64,000 bases of DNA. Source: Trichosphaerium sp. ATCC 40318. Taxonomy: Eukaryota > Protista > Tubulinea. A model generated the notes under the pieces. The model saw only the letters and a program-made list of their open reading frames with translations. It had not been told where the DNA came from and made no database searches. The stretch spans positions 124,001 to 188,000 of the forward strand of contig JALMLS010000548.1 of NCBI GenBank assembly GCA_038496445.1, in the 5' to 3' direction. Made by a program: the position numbers and the translations under genes. Below, in pieces: positions 50,432-64,000 of the stretch; within the stretch, counting starts at the first letter, position 1; each line of letters begins with the position of its first letter.

Positions 50432-53264
50432 ATGAAGCGCTATGTGATAACATGTATCGCCATTAGCTTGCTTACAGCTCTCTTGATACCTCACTCACTC
50501 TGTTGCCGTACTATTACGCCGACTAATAGGCTGCAGGACATCGTTGTACAACCAATAGTAACTCTCAATTACCTTCCTAAACTGCTTTAGGAGAGCAACG
50601 AATGCGTGCTTCTCCAAGGGGGCAATTATGAATTAGACCTGGTTGGAGTTAACAATTTGTTAATAACAGGAGTAAACAAAAACGAGGTTCGTGACCGTAA
50701 CTATACTCTCAGTGCTTATACAATCACGTGATCTGTATTAATTTTTCTACCCAGGTTATTTTTAGTCAAATCGCTGTATCCAATAGTCATAATATTACAT
50801 TCCGGTCATTGAGTATTGTTGGTGGTTCTGAACCACTGTTAGACATAAATGGAGGTACGTCTCATATCAATTTTTCGGTTCAAGTAAAAAAAAAGTTTCG
50901 TTCATATTTGAATAGTGTACATTAACGTACAGTCTTAAAACGTATTTTTCGGAATTCTTTGTAAATAAAATGTAATAGATTCTTGGTCTATAAATCATAT
51001 AGATATTGATATAACATACAATGGTGGAGGTAGTGATGAGTACGAATTATTTTCAAAAAAAATCCAAGCTGTGTACTCAACAACTTCTTCGTTAGGATTG
51101 TCGTGATTGATCCAAGTGTTACACGTACGCTCTTGAGCACAAATCTGTGTTTTAATTGAAAACCAACACTTGTCCACTAAATCTTTAAATATTGTTTCGC
51201 CGAAAATACTTTATTGTGGTCTTAGAGTCCATATCTTTTCTTTCACTTAACGCTTTTCTTTGTTATTAACGCTAAAATAGCGAGTGATACACCCACAGCT
51301 ACAAATAGCTACTTGTTTAGGAGACTCCTACTTAAACAAGAAGGATCAAAGACACCGAGAGGAATATCCTTACTAGCTGGTCACACAAGTATAATATCGA
51401 GTACATTCGAAGGAAACTATAAAGGTTAAACTCAAATCAAACTATTTTTTTTCATTGAGTTGACTACTAACCTTTCTGTGTAGAAGTATTCCTCTCAAAA
51501 CAAGCTGCTGATAAAACGTATGTGAATATCGATAGATGTAAGATATTTGGTGATAATGATTCTGATATGAGGGTATTTGAGTACGACTACATATAAAAAA
51601 TGATAGTTAGAATTCTAACTTGTTATCTAGTTGCCATCAGGGAGGCAACTTTTTCATTTCCAATACACTTGTTGTTGGTGCTCCTAAAAGTAATCACAAT
51701 AGACCTAAATTTTACGTTAACTTTTCTTTTAGTTATGCACTCCAATTGCGAAGACGAAGGTGGTAGTTTCAGAATTGTTTCGTCAACATTTGGAATAGGT
51801 ATTGGAAAAAAATGAGATCGAACTTTCTATTTTTATTAATATGCTAAGGTTCCGAGGAAATAGTTGATGGCCCTGACCCTACACAATACGAAAATATCCT
51901 AACTATAGCAGACATTCCAGAACCAGGAGATGCACTTTTTGAAAGCACACTAAAAGTTGCCCAAAGTGTATTCGAAGATGCCATGAACAATGACTACAAA
52001 ATTAAAGCCACAAGTAGTGCTCTACAATTTGCAGGTAAAACAGCTTTCTTTCTGTAGCTTATTAACGCTTTATAGGGACCATTCAATCTAACATACCTCT
52101 ATACGACATAGGTAAGACTAAATACTAATACAATTTGAAAAAGCTAACAGTATACTCTCAGATAACAACCCACGTGCCAGTGGTTTCATAGATATTGGAG
52201 CATACCAAACGGTATTTTTGAATATTATTTCCAATGCCTTATTCATAACATAGCGCTTGCCTCCTACCTCCGCTCCTACTTTAGAACCAACACAGCCGCC
52301 AACCACACTTCCACCTACGACGTTACCTCCTACAACTATAGCACCAACCACAATGCCTCCAACATTGCAACCAATAACTCCTACCAATGCACCTACTCTT
52401 CAACCAACAACACAAGCGCCTACAGAACCTCCGACTGAAGCACACTTCTGTGATGGTTCTCCACCATCACAACAATTTGTTTGCGTTGACGGTATGCGCT
52501 TGTTTTTTAGATTACAATATAACAAATATGGCTTACACTTCAAATAGGCTCTTGGGTTGCAGATAACACTGTAATTATTGATACTGTTACAAATTGGAAT
52601 GGTACTTTTATCATTAACGGAAACTTATCTATTTTGGCCTCAATAAAGATCAAAAACACTACCATTAGGCTAAGAGGTACTGAAACAAGCAATGTTATAT
52701 TTAGTCCTTACATTCACATAAAGGTTGTGCAAATATAACAGGCAAAGTGACAATTGTAACAGATAATGTAACTAACGGAGAGGTATGACCAAGTTTATAT
52801 TTTAATTACTAAAGAATAATATAAGAAACATGACTTTGTGACCTACGATCCTGGGAATCCATGTATAAATGTGAATCCGATTATAGACGTTGAGGATTCG
52901 AATGAGATATGTCGCAGTGTTACTGCAGTCCCAGAAGATAACGGAATAGGTAAACAAACATGTTCTTTTTTCTTTATGATAAAACACGTGCTAGAAGTTT
53001 TCTTTGTTTGCGTAAAACCAATCGCTGTCATATACCTTCTAATTTTGGATTCGTGTAGGAAGTATAACAGTGTTTTTTATTGTTGAAGAAACGTGCAAAA
53101 CTAATGATTCCAGTTTTCCTCTTGGAGGGATTATTGGTATATGTGTTGTTATTTTCTTTGTAATCCTAATTGTAACTATAATTGTACTCTTCTCTTTCGT
53201 ACCAAAACTACGCAATATTGCACGTCCTTTCAATAAGAGGCTAAGAGAAGGCACATTAGAGTAA
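50432..53264 (+). CDS. Type I membrane/secreted surface protein with a Pro/Thr-rich stalk
   Basis: Signal peptide, beta-helix-like extracellular exons, DIGAYQT, PTTxPPT repeats (52257-52440) and TM LGGIIGICVVIFFVILIVTIIVLF. Confidence 0.65.
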
Positions 53265-53591
53265 TAAAACACAACAAAATCACAATGTACAAGAGCTATA
53301 TTTCGAATTTCTTGATTGCGCCACACGTGGCAGTACAGAAAATATGTTGCAGCTTGTACAGAAAAATAGTTCCTTACTATAGATGAAATCTATTTCTGCT
53401 CACACGCTTGCGTACTGGTGAATCAGTCTGAGGATTTTGGATTAAGGCCCTTAAGGCAGAATATTGCTTAAAGTACAGTTTAGTTTTTTTTTGATGTCTA
53501 CGCCTTTACTGAGGAGTTTTTATCGACTAAGCCTTCGTAAAGCGCGAGAATACACCAAACATAAGGCGTTACAAACTAGTACGTTAACCAA

Positions 53592-55050
53592 GATGGCATT
53601 CTTAGGCAGATATAATTATAAGGTTACTAAACATCGATAGCTGTGCCACTTTATGGCATATCACAGCGATTTGTACAAACTGATCATTGTTTGAAGCATT
53701 TTGATCGTAAACCAACGTTATGTTATACTCTAGGCTCTCAAGGTTCTGCTGTTGACTTCGAGCATCGCGTGAGAGCCGAATTCCGTAAACCTTGCGGCAA
53801 GGTACTACACGGTGATTTCAGCCTGAGCAAAATACAACCATAAGCATTCCCTACGCGTAAAACACCGCCAATATGAATCTTAGACATTATACTACTTATT
53901 CTTGACACTCTTCAGGAAGAAGCACAAGAGCGCCTTGGTGATTGTATATTACTCCTAAAATACTTTTCCGAGGCTCAAGAATCAGTAACTAAAACGGTAA
54001 GAGAATAATTTCAATTTTTATTAAACTCTATTTAGTTCCCTACATACTCTCAAATAGAACCTACAGAGCGTAAAGATGCTCCTTATACACTTGTTCCTCC
54101 TCCAAGTACGACTTTACGGGCGCTACATCAACAGCCACGTGCGCAGAAACTAACTCTTATGTAGCTGAGACAAGAACAAACATACAAGTTGGAGACATTC
54201 TTGTACGCCATCCGCTTCTCAAAGATGAGTACAAGGTACGTTATACAATAATATACTATGACGGTAGTGTCTTATTTATACATAGCGCGCTGTTGTGATG
54301 GTGTATAGTATAAACGAAGATAAAAATCGAATACAAGCTGTCATATTGAACGTTCAGCAACGTGACTCACCTGGAGGTTGGAAAATAAATTACGGTGGTC
54401 CTCATACAACAACAAGAATGATAATACACGATAAAGAGCGTCCTGGAGCTATTAAATTACATGACAACTTATACATGACTGACAAAAGCAATCTGTGAGT
54501 TTAACGGATTTTTTTTTCTTTTGGTTTAACTGACACTCTTCCTTCCTTAAAGAACTCCTGAAGAATACAAGGATGGGTTCGAGGATAGTAGTAACCGTAA
54601 TGAGTATATGGGCATTATAAACTTTCGTATGAACGAGCTCCTTAGCTTGCTTGCTGTTTGTTTTTGTTGGTGTTACTTATTACTGTAATAGGACATTCTG
54701 ATGTTGAATCAGAGTTGCAATCTGGATCCTGGGCACATCTAAGAGCTACAAATAGTGAACATTTGCGCAATGTAATATTTGAACAAAGTACGTTGCCTAA
54801 AAGAAAAACAAAAAACAAACTTCTTGGATGCACGTTTTGAATGTAATGTTATTGATTTAGGTGGAGATGCAACTAAATATAAGAGTATCGTTCATAGTGT
54901 TGGTGGAATCATAAGCACTTGGAGTGCTATCCCAAGAGGTACATCATCCTAGAACATAACACGAATCATGTGAATTACTTGCATCTTTGATCTTTGTTCC
55001 TCTACTGACTTGCTTTGTGACACGTTATGCTGGCTTACATTGATTAATAG
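53592..55050 (+). CDS. YqgE/AlgH (DUF179)-like protein, multi-exon
   Basis: GDILVRHPLL, AVVMV..AVILN, YGGP and ESELQSGSW match the DUF179 motif order; ends approximate. Confidence 0.55.
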
Positions 55051-55414
55051 GTCTTAACAGAGATGCTGTAATAAATAAAGATGTTTACAAAGATGCTATA
55101 TCGGCTATAAAGCCCCACGTGAGAAAGTTCAGGTACTAGAGACACTATTCAAGATTATTCAAAAAAAAGTTTCGCTAACAAATGTTAGCCTTAAAATCAG
55201 ACGTAATGAAGAAGCTACGAGGCGTTTCGGTATTTTAATAATGAGAGAACCTACAGAATATACCAAGGTAGACCCAAGGAGTCCTTGGCGTACATAGAAA
55301 AGTAGCTAAAATAAATATTGTTCAAAGTTGTACCAAAGCTTGCTTAACTTCATGCTGTTACCTTAATACAGCGCACAAAACGACGCTGACGCAATTATTG
55401 TCGCTGTTTGAGCT

Positions 55415-56455
55415 ATGTATGATGAAGAACCAAAGGAACGTGACGTTACTGCTTCAATTCTTTTTCTAGGCGAGCCAGGTACTCTCTAGGCGTAGGGTTC
55501 CATGATTTAAAGGTCTAGGCGCCGGTATTGGGAAAACGACTATTCTAAAACGCTATATGTATGGAAACTTCATCAAAGAGCACAAAACGACATGGAAATC
55601 ATATGTAGTACGCTTTTACGATTTTAGAATAACCGTTGATACTAAATACTCTAAAAGATAGCTAAAGACGTACCAGGATGGAATGTAGAAGCAATTACGC
55701 TATTGCTAACAGAGTACGTATCGTTTAAATTAAAACACTTCAATCACATCAATACGCGATATTACCACGCCTTTTGACCTTTTTACTAAGCACTGCTGGA
55801 AATGAGCCTTTTGAAGGGCCAGGTAAGTGATGAAAATCAGTTGAAGTATCAGACAAAACGCGACTTAACCGAGGCTTTGACTTTAGGCTCAGAGTTGTTT
55901 AAAGAGGCTACTGTGGCGCTGTTCATATATGATGTAACGAATATGACTTCCTTTGAAGGGCTGCAACACTTAATGAAGAAAGTAGATGATGTAGTTGGAA
56001 AAGATGGTTTGGTACGAGCTCAAAACACGTGGACCTCTTTCAAAAAAACAAGAAAAACTTGACAACTTTATTGTTGACTGTGTTGCTGACGCAATTTTTC
56101 TTCTTCAAGTGCTTCATGGTTCTTGTTGCTAATAAAGCAGATTTGATAGAACACCGTGTTATAACACATGAGAAAGGTCTTGAACTTGCTGGGCTTTGGG
56201 ATATACCTTACTTTGAAGTAAGTGCAAAAGAGGTACAACTAACACAAAGCGAAAAAAGTCTTGAAACGTCTTTAGTTTATAACATCACTGACAAGTACTT
56301 TGTAGGGCCTTGGTATTGAAGAATTATTCAAGTATTTAATTGAAGTATTAGAACCAGTTGCACTAGATAAAAGAGACAAAAAGGAAGCTCAAGAGAATAA
56401 GACATGGTATGATAAAATGGTTGACTGGTTTTCTGGCTTTAACCTTAATGATTAA
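55415..56455 (+). CDS. Divergent Rab/Ras-superfamily small GTPase
   Basis: G1 GIGKTT, G3 DTAGNE, YDVT..SFE, G4 NKADL and G5 EVSAK. Confidence 0.85.
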
Positions 56456-56879
56456 ACGCTGCATCATTTGGTTAAATAAAATGTGTTTCTGTACTGTATT
56501 AGTTGTCCATCTTCACGCTTACCTTTTTGTTCACATGTTGACAATGCAATCCCCTTTGAAGAAAAAATAATCATTCCTTATGTCAGTTACCAGTACACTT
56601 TCTCTTCACCATTTTGTTTGCCATAATACCGTATGTACAGACTCACTGAAAGGCAAACAAATCCTCAACACCTGCACCTGGCATGCAGAGCGCAACAAGT
56701 TCAGTAAACAACCATGGCGCAGGTCTATAAGGCTTCTTCCCAACAAACATGCATCACGTTTAAATGTTACATTTTTTTATTTCACATTAAGACCAAAGTA
56801 ACACTCATTCGAGAACAATCTTACTCTGTAACTAAGAATCCTCGACTTCAATCATTAATAGCCCTAATACCAACTTATT

Positions 56880-59101
56880 AGTAAATTACATAACAATAAG
56901 TTGTTGGATTGCTTGTGTTGCTGTGTATGTACCTTGTTTTGGCCTTTGTTAAACGAAGCCCATTATAGTTGGCATCTCTTAGGGCGTATCCAAATCCAAT
57001 CAAAATAGCTGTAGGAATGCTGGATACAGCAAACATTATAAAGTTAACCCAAAAGAAATGTTGATTAGATACAACAAGTTTGTTAAAAACTGGTGTTAGA
57101 AATGTTCCAATACCGCTAATAGTATAACCACTAGTTATGTATATATTAGCATAAGTAACTTGTTACGATAACATACACTACAGATAGTCTACTAAAGTTC
57201 TTAGGACAATATTGTTGTATGAGTTGGTTGGAAAAGAGAAAAGTTGACATTCTCCACAAGATAAAAAATATAAACGTAATGTACTGCAAGTTTGCAATCT
57301 AAGTCTAATATAAATTCGTGACTATAGGCGCCCTAGTAGTTACCTTCATCATGGAGCATGCAACCCATACAGTGCCAAGACCTTGAGATAATAAGGCTCC
57401 TCGCCAAGCAGTCCGTACACCTAACAATGTTAGACTTGATGATATACATGTTTCAGTACTAGGTTACCTTGTTTCTTTGTGTAGAATACAATACCTACCA
57501 GAGGTGCACATATTGCCAGAGCTGGAAGAAGTACAGAAAAAGCAGTAGTGAGGTTGTGTGCTGTTGCTGTATCTTCGTTTATTTTTCCAACATTCGTAAC
57601 CCAACCAATCTGGTCAGGTACTGTGCTCAAGTAAAAGTATCCCAATGGCGCTGTAATTATAGCATACAACCTAATCAAAATTTAAAAAAATACCAGAAAT
57701 CACGTGATGTTGAAGCAAAACTACAATGCAAAACCAAAAAAAAAAATAAAGTATTTTTGTACCAAACAGTAAGAATCATTATATTCGGTGCATCTTCAGT
57801 AAAAGTCTGTTTAAAAGATGGCGGCTTAGTGTCAACATCAGGCTTATTCTTTTCTGTCAATAAGGAATAGTCAGGATCCATAAAAAAAGCGGATGGAATA
57901 ACTAGAACAAACACTAATACTCCATATCCCAAAAAGATCCACCTAGAGACATGTTGTTAAAAAATAACCAAGTGATCAAAGTAACTTACTTCAATGATAC
58001 CCCTTGGTTGTATATAAGGACAAAAACCCAAAATACTATTCCACTAAGATCCCAAGCACCACTTAGAAATCCATTGAAAAAGCCAATGGCATTAGGTTGA
58101 ACTTAAACAAATCACATTAACGTTTCTCATGTGTGAAGCTCTAGATTACCCTTTGCTGCTGCACCAAGATAAAACACCATAAACGCTAGATACATAGTAC
58201 ATCCAATGAGCGTAGCAAAAAGCCAGCATGCTGGAAAGAGCCAAGAAGTAACCTATTAATGTATTAGATACTCATTACAAATAAACACCAGTACCCAGAA
58301 CGGCACATTCGGGTCATGTACAAAAGCTGCAACGATCCAACATATGCTTATTACTACACCTCCTAATATCACAGTACGTTTTACGTTACCAAGCCTTACT
58401 ATAAGCTCTCCAGCAACAAACAAGAGTACATAAAAGCCACCAAAAGCTATTTGAGGAAGCCTATTTAAAGCCAAATTTTGAGCCTGAAAATACATTAATA
58501 TAATAAAACAAGAATCTCAAAATAATATGTTCTTTAAGCACCACCTACAACCTAGTTTTCATAGTGAAAGTACAAACAAAATAAACGCCATTAATTTACA
58601 TATATTGAATACACTAGTGTGAAACACGTGTTTGTAACTATTGGCAAAAGTCCGAAGGTTTTCGATAAAAAATATGGAAATTTCAGGGTTTTTTGCAATT
58701 TTTTTTCCGAAAACTTACGTACTTCACAACAAGGTAACAGCTTTGAAGGTACGCATGTTGACTCCCAATCAGTACCACAAAGGTTGGCGTAAACCTTAGA
58801 CTCCAAAAGAGCTGGTTTTAAAGCAGTATAGTTCGCAACTGGGCCTAACGAGTTGTAACCCATGTTACCATTCGAAAAGACGAATTCGTCTTTTTTCCCG
58901 TTGCGTACCTGTCACTAGAATAGACAATAACACAGCGTGGGCGACTAGTAAATATAGCCTCCAAATAAACTAGTAGAACTGTAAACGGATGATAACAATA
59001 GGCGCCTGAAGTACTTTTTTCTCAGTTTTCTCGTTCGCAACAGGTTTTAAGAGCGTTTCTGTCTCTAAATCACGCATACTGACGTTCAAGGAATCTGCCA
59101 T
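56880..59101 (-). CDS. MFS transporter, SLC43/LAT3 (FMP42)-like
   Basis: GPVANYTALKPALLESKVYANLC signature and many TM exons; 3' end approximate. Confidence 0.7.
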
Positions 59102-59941
59102 TGCCACTGGCTTTTATGAGAGCGCTTTACGCGTTTTGGTGCCCTTCTTGCTTTTTCGGAATAAGTGTCAGAAAATTCAAGACTTTTGGGAACAACTTTA
59201 AACTTTGGTTCTAGAAAATCTTTAAAGCGTTCGAATCTTCAAAGGTGCTGCTGTTGGTACACCGTGGCGGCTTCATAGGGGGCCCGATGTTGTTCGAGCG
59301 ATTTGATAGGGCCGGCATTGCTTTTGAGACACTTTCAGAAAACTTATGATAATTGACCGGATTGTCGACAATCCAAGTCAATTCCTATTTTACCTTAGTA
59401 ATTAGTTGGAGTCCATTTATCGCTAGTAGTACATTTGATGCAAAGCCTATCACGGTCGAAAATCTGAAGAAACTTACAATAAAATAACACAATTAGCAGC
59501 CCTAGACAGAGAAATAGCGGAAGTACGATTACCAAGAGTGCTACTTAGTCCCCTCACCTATGCCCCACGAGCTAGAAGAGCTTTTCCACCTTAAAAGCTC
59601 ACTAACCAACGCTGTAGGAGCAAACAAAAAAGTGAACGTATTTTTTGTATAATATCCACTGGGTATGTATGATCATTGGTTAGAGTTCAAACAGCTCACA
59701 ATATCTTCATGAGTAATTTAAGTTTTTTCATCAGTTCCACAATAATAACCAAAAAGTCTTTGTCACTTTACTCAACATGTAACCCGGTTCGAATTGCCTT
59801 AAGTCTATAATAGGGTTTCTAAGAGCTACGTCACTTTATAGTTCTTGTAGATCAAACTTTACGTAAGTAAACGCTGTTGGTTGTTTTAGTAGTTGAAAAG
59901 TATGAATACAAAAAAAAAGTGTGCACGTGTTAAAAAAAGGT

Positions 59942-60424
59942 TTACTTAGTTATATCTTCGTAGAACATGGTAAAATCGACATTATAGGTAGTATAATGGC
60001 CGAAAGCGTTTTTTTCCCAGACTTGCATCTCCAAGGTATTACTTACAATGGGAGTCTCTGAGGGATCATTTAGGTTTACACTCCTCATGATTTTCATTCC
60101 TGCGTGGTGTGGATCATCTACCATGGACATTGAGCGAAGATTATGAGAGTGATCGAAGTAGTGCACTACAGTAGAAGTGTGCGTAGAGGTGTCACCGTCT
60201 TGTCGATGTACAAAAGAACAATCCGCTTGTATTTCTCCGATCCAGCGCTGTACGACACCGTATGGCGAGTTATATTGCCAGCTGTAATGTTCGTTTCTCT
60301 TTACATTTATTGGAATACCTCTGTTGTTAGGCGCCGTTGATACGAAGTAGAACTCACATTCATAAGCACACTGTACGAGAGTGAATAAGGATATAAGAAG
60401 TAAGATGAAAGTTCCTGAGCGCAT
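59942..60424 (-). CDS. Secreted hypothetical protein (intronless, 160 aa)
   Basis: Signal peptide MRSGTFILLLISLFTLVQC and an open frame; no family recognised. Confidence 0.7.
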   Translation of the reverse strand: MRSGTFILLLISLFTLVQCAYECEFYFVSTAPNNRGIPINVKRNEHYSWQYNSPYGVVQRWIGEIQADCSFVHRQDGDTSTHTSTVVHYFDHSHNLRSMSMVDDPHHAGMKIMRSVNLNDPSETPIVSNTLEMQVWEKNAFGHYTTYNVDFTMFYEDITK

Positions 60425-61532
60425 GTTTGCTATGTATGAAGGTTACACAAATGTTTCCCAAATAAAAAGACTGCTAACTTAAGTAAAGGTACACAAAGTA
60501 TCGTGAAGACAAACAAAAACGCACGTGAGCGTGATGCGGTTGCGTTCAGGAAGATTTGTCGTGATATGAGGTGATCCCGAGTGATTTTGTATTAAAGTTC
60601 ACCCAACAAGTCTCTCACGCACTTACAGGCAAAATACTCTTTTTGACATCAAAAAAAAAGTGTGCAGTGTACCACTTTTTATTGTGAAATAAAGTAAAAA
60701 AAGTTCGAATTTGTGCACTTATTTCTCAACTGTTTCCCTAGATTCTGTCATCATGCGATGAGTTAAACCCGAACGAAAGTCCACACTAAAACGGGAAGAA
60801 AAGAGGTGTCTGTGTGATTTGTTTCGTTCTTTTTTGGCATTTTTTTCAAAACCTCGTTTCGCAAGTTCGGATGTCATTGATATTATCCATACAGCTACCA
60901 GCGCAGCGGTAGTATAGGAAAATTGTTTTGTACGCAAGCGCTCTTTGTAAACACTAGCGCTGTTGTGCTGACGGCATATTCGGGAAAACACGGACGTACA
61001 AGACGTTTTCATCCGTAAACAAAGCGCCTATCTTTTTCTATCACGTTTTCAAATCGTGCCAGCGAAAAAAAAATTTCAAAACAATAAATCACGTGATGGA
61101 CACTCTAGAGACATGTAACAATATTCCTGAGCGATCAAAGAACATTCTGTCGACGAACTATTACTAGATCGCGTACGTGATAATTGTGAGGCAAGATACC
61201 TTTACGAAAGACAAATAGATCGTTGTATACACAGCACCAAAAGGGTTGATAAAACACCACAGGTTCCGCGCAAATCCTCCTGTTTTGTGATAAGGTTTGC
61301 GCCTTTTCTTTTTACTTCTGTGTCGGCCATAAACAACCATACGATGTTGTAATGTGCATTGATGATTAGTGACATGTCAATATTCCTATCTATTTCTCGT
61401 TGTTCTATACACTACACTGAAGCATTATTCAACCGCGTACGTCAATAGAACAATAACCATTTTTTTTATTATTCATGAATTTAGAGCACTGAATATCCAG
61501 CAATGATGTCATAGTACACAAGTACATATCCC

Positions 61533-64000
61533 TCAAGATGTTTGTTTAATAGCATCTCTTAGGTTGTCAACAGTATCCTTGGCATTACCAAAGAGCATAC
61601 GAGAGTTTTCTTTGTAAAACACTGGGTTGCTTACATCAGCGTATCCTGAGGCCAAAGAACGTTTCATGATGATACACTATACGCCATTAGTACACTTACA
61701 TTTGAATAGAGGTAACACAACGTAAGAAAATATAATGAAAGAAGTGTCCAAGAAAAAATTTGACTGAAAAGTTTTTGGATTATTTTTGCTTTGTTCACGT
61801 ACATGCTTAGCCTTCCATACTTCGATGACAGGCATACCAGCAATTGGTGAGTTAGGATCATCTTGAGCAGCACAATTGATAGTATCATTAGCGCCTATAA
61901 AATGATTAAAAGATAGAACAAATAAAATCTAAAAAAAGTACCAATGACGATAGCCAAATCAGTATCTGGGAAGTCATCATTGACTTCGTCCATCTCGTGA
62001 ACAATATCATAAGGAATATTGGCTTCAGCCAATAGTACATTAAGTTGTCCAGGCATACGACCAGCAACTGGGTGAATAGCAAAACGTACAGTCTTGCCTA
62101 CAGGTAGAAAAAAGTAAACCATATTGATCACATGAATAAAAAAATTAAGCATACCTTGGTCACGAAGCATCTTTGTTACCTCAGCAACAGCGTATTGTGC
62201 CTTAGCTACAGCTAGACCATATCCAGGTACAATAATAATACTAAAAAATAGAAACGATTAGTCAAACAATCAGCGAAGAAGGTGTACGATGACACTATCA
62301 AGTTGTCAAAGACGTACCTGTTAGCATCTGCAATAAGTTCAGCAGCTCCCTTAACATCTACTTCAGTATGAGTTCCGGTGATCTCCATCTGTTTGCCTAG
62401 GTGATACGTCAGTCAAAAGTGTTGGTGTTAAAGCATTCAAGCGTACCCTTGGACAAAGCACCATAACCACCGAATAGTACATTAAGTATACTTCTGTTCA
62501 TGGCGATGCACATAATGTATGATAGAATAGCTCCTGAACTACCGACTAAGGCACCAACAATAATCAAGAGATCATTTTGAAGCATGAATCCCTTGGCGTC
62601 AATGTTAGAAGAAAATAGAAACAATCACGTGAGCAGCCTGAAAATAAAGGCCAAAACGATTCTGTTCTATAAGACGCTAGTAAAATATGGTACATACCTC
62701 TGCGCAAAGAGCCCATCCAGAGTAACTGTTGAGCACAGTAATGACAACCTTGAAAAAGACGTAAAAAAAATGAACACAACAGACTTCTCAAATACATACC
62801 GGCATATCAGCTCCACCAATAGCATTTGTAGTAGTGACACCAAGGATGAATGAAAGAGCAGTAGTACCAGCAAGATATGTTAAACCAACAGCGTAACTCC
62901 TAAATAGGAACAAGATAAGTACCAAAACAAAAAAAAACAAGAAAAAAGCACGTGGGCGCTACGAAAAGATACTTGAACATAATTAGGGTCTTTAGGAACA
63001 TACCCTGTGGCCATGTATGCAACCAATAGGCCAACATTGGCTAGAGCCATTGTAGCATTACTGAAGTTATGCATTGGTATCTTAACTGGTTTTGAAGACA
63101 TCTTTCCATCAAGTTTTGCGTAAGCAATCAAAGAACCAGTAAATGTGACACCACCAATGAAAGATCCAAAGAATATTGCAGCCTAAAAGAAAAGCTTAGA
63201 CACCAGAATTTACCTTCTAAAAAACAATTTGTCACGCATTTCTTACCTTGTGTACAACTTCCAAGTCATGTCCAGCCATGAAATTGGCAAAAGAAATCAT
63301 AACAGCAGCAAGACCAACGAAACTATTGAAAAAAAGTTAAATTTCTGAGTGCTGGATCGAAATAAATTAATAATACCTATGGAATAAAGCAGTCAATTGT
63401 GGAAGCTCTGTGATTTGTACTTTCTGAGAAATGTACATACCAATCTAAAAGTACAAACAATAAGAAAAAAATATCAAGGCAAGTAAGTAGTTTTCTCTGG
63501 ATTGTTTTAAAATAAGTACGTACTCCTGCACCAGCAATTCCAGCGATAGCGATTTGAGTCAAAAGTGCAGCATTGATAGGCATAGTAATAAGTGCAGCGA
63601 ATATACCGATAGACACACCAACCATACCAAAGATATTACCTCTTCTCGATGTTGTCTAAAAAAAACAATAAACAATACATCGTTCAATCTTTGACTGCTT
63701 TTTGGTACCTGAGCAGAAAGACCTTTCAACGAACCGATACAGAAAGCAGATGCGATCAAGTATCCCATTTGTACGTATAGTCCTAATCCAGTAGCTGCGG
63801 CATAGACGAAAGCACCAATAAATCCAATACCAGGAATCTGAACACGTGTTAGTTTGACCAAGATACAAGCACACAAAACAAAGCTCAAAAGAACCTCAAA
63901 CGTCTTTCGAAAGAGGGAAATATTAGCCACTTACGATATACATTGGACTGTAATCTGGAGGATCCGTGTCACGTTTAAACATATCCAACATACGTCTTGT
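61533..64000 (-). CDS. NNT: NAD(P) transhydrogenase (fused alpha/beta), 3' portion
   Basis: [65 protein letters not shown] and GYADV.NPVF. Confidence 0.95.

Noticed and set aside
60430-61500. Possible ncRNA or gene in the 1-kb intergenic region
   Set aside because: No tRNA/rRNA signature or supportable gene model seen.

Overview
AT-rich, intron-dense eukaryotic (protist-like) genomic DNA with short introns, mostly about 35-60 nt GT-AG and a few GC-AG. The flanks (1-10.6 kb and 37.8-64 kb) hold ordinary host genes: a T4 Rnl1-type RNA ligase, an EGF/beta-propeller secreted protein, F-box proteins, a lactonase, a GH31 MYORG-like glycosidase, surface proteins, a universal stress protein, a YqgE/AlgH-like protein, a divergent small GTPase, an SLC43-like transporter and NAD(P) transhydrogenase. 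The middle (10.7-37.7 kb) is one minus-strand F-box/LRR gene hit by three different DNA transposons: a piggyBac at its 3' end, a 648-bp hAT MITE, and a 23-kb CMC-type (CACTA/Mirage/Plavaka-like) element with CAGTAC termini and a TA duplication. A related 7.9-kb element is nested in the big element's transposase gene. Both CMC elements share a second gene that resembles a catalytically altered Ulp1-like protein, and each carries different cargo. The main candidate new system is the outer element's cargo: an apparently intact spliced gene fusing an AlkB-like Fe(II)/2-oxoglutarate dioxygenase to a Zn-binding motif and an SRA/YDG-like (methyl-cytosine reader) domain. I infer this could be a transposon-borne DNA-methylation reader/eraser; the transposon DNA here also looks CpG-depleted relative to host genes. 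All gene models and domain calls come from manual splicing and motif recognition; no database searches were run.
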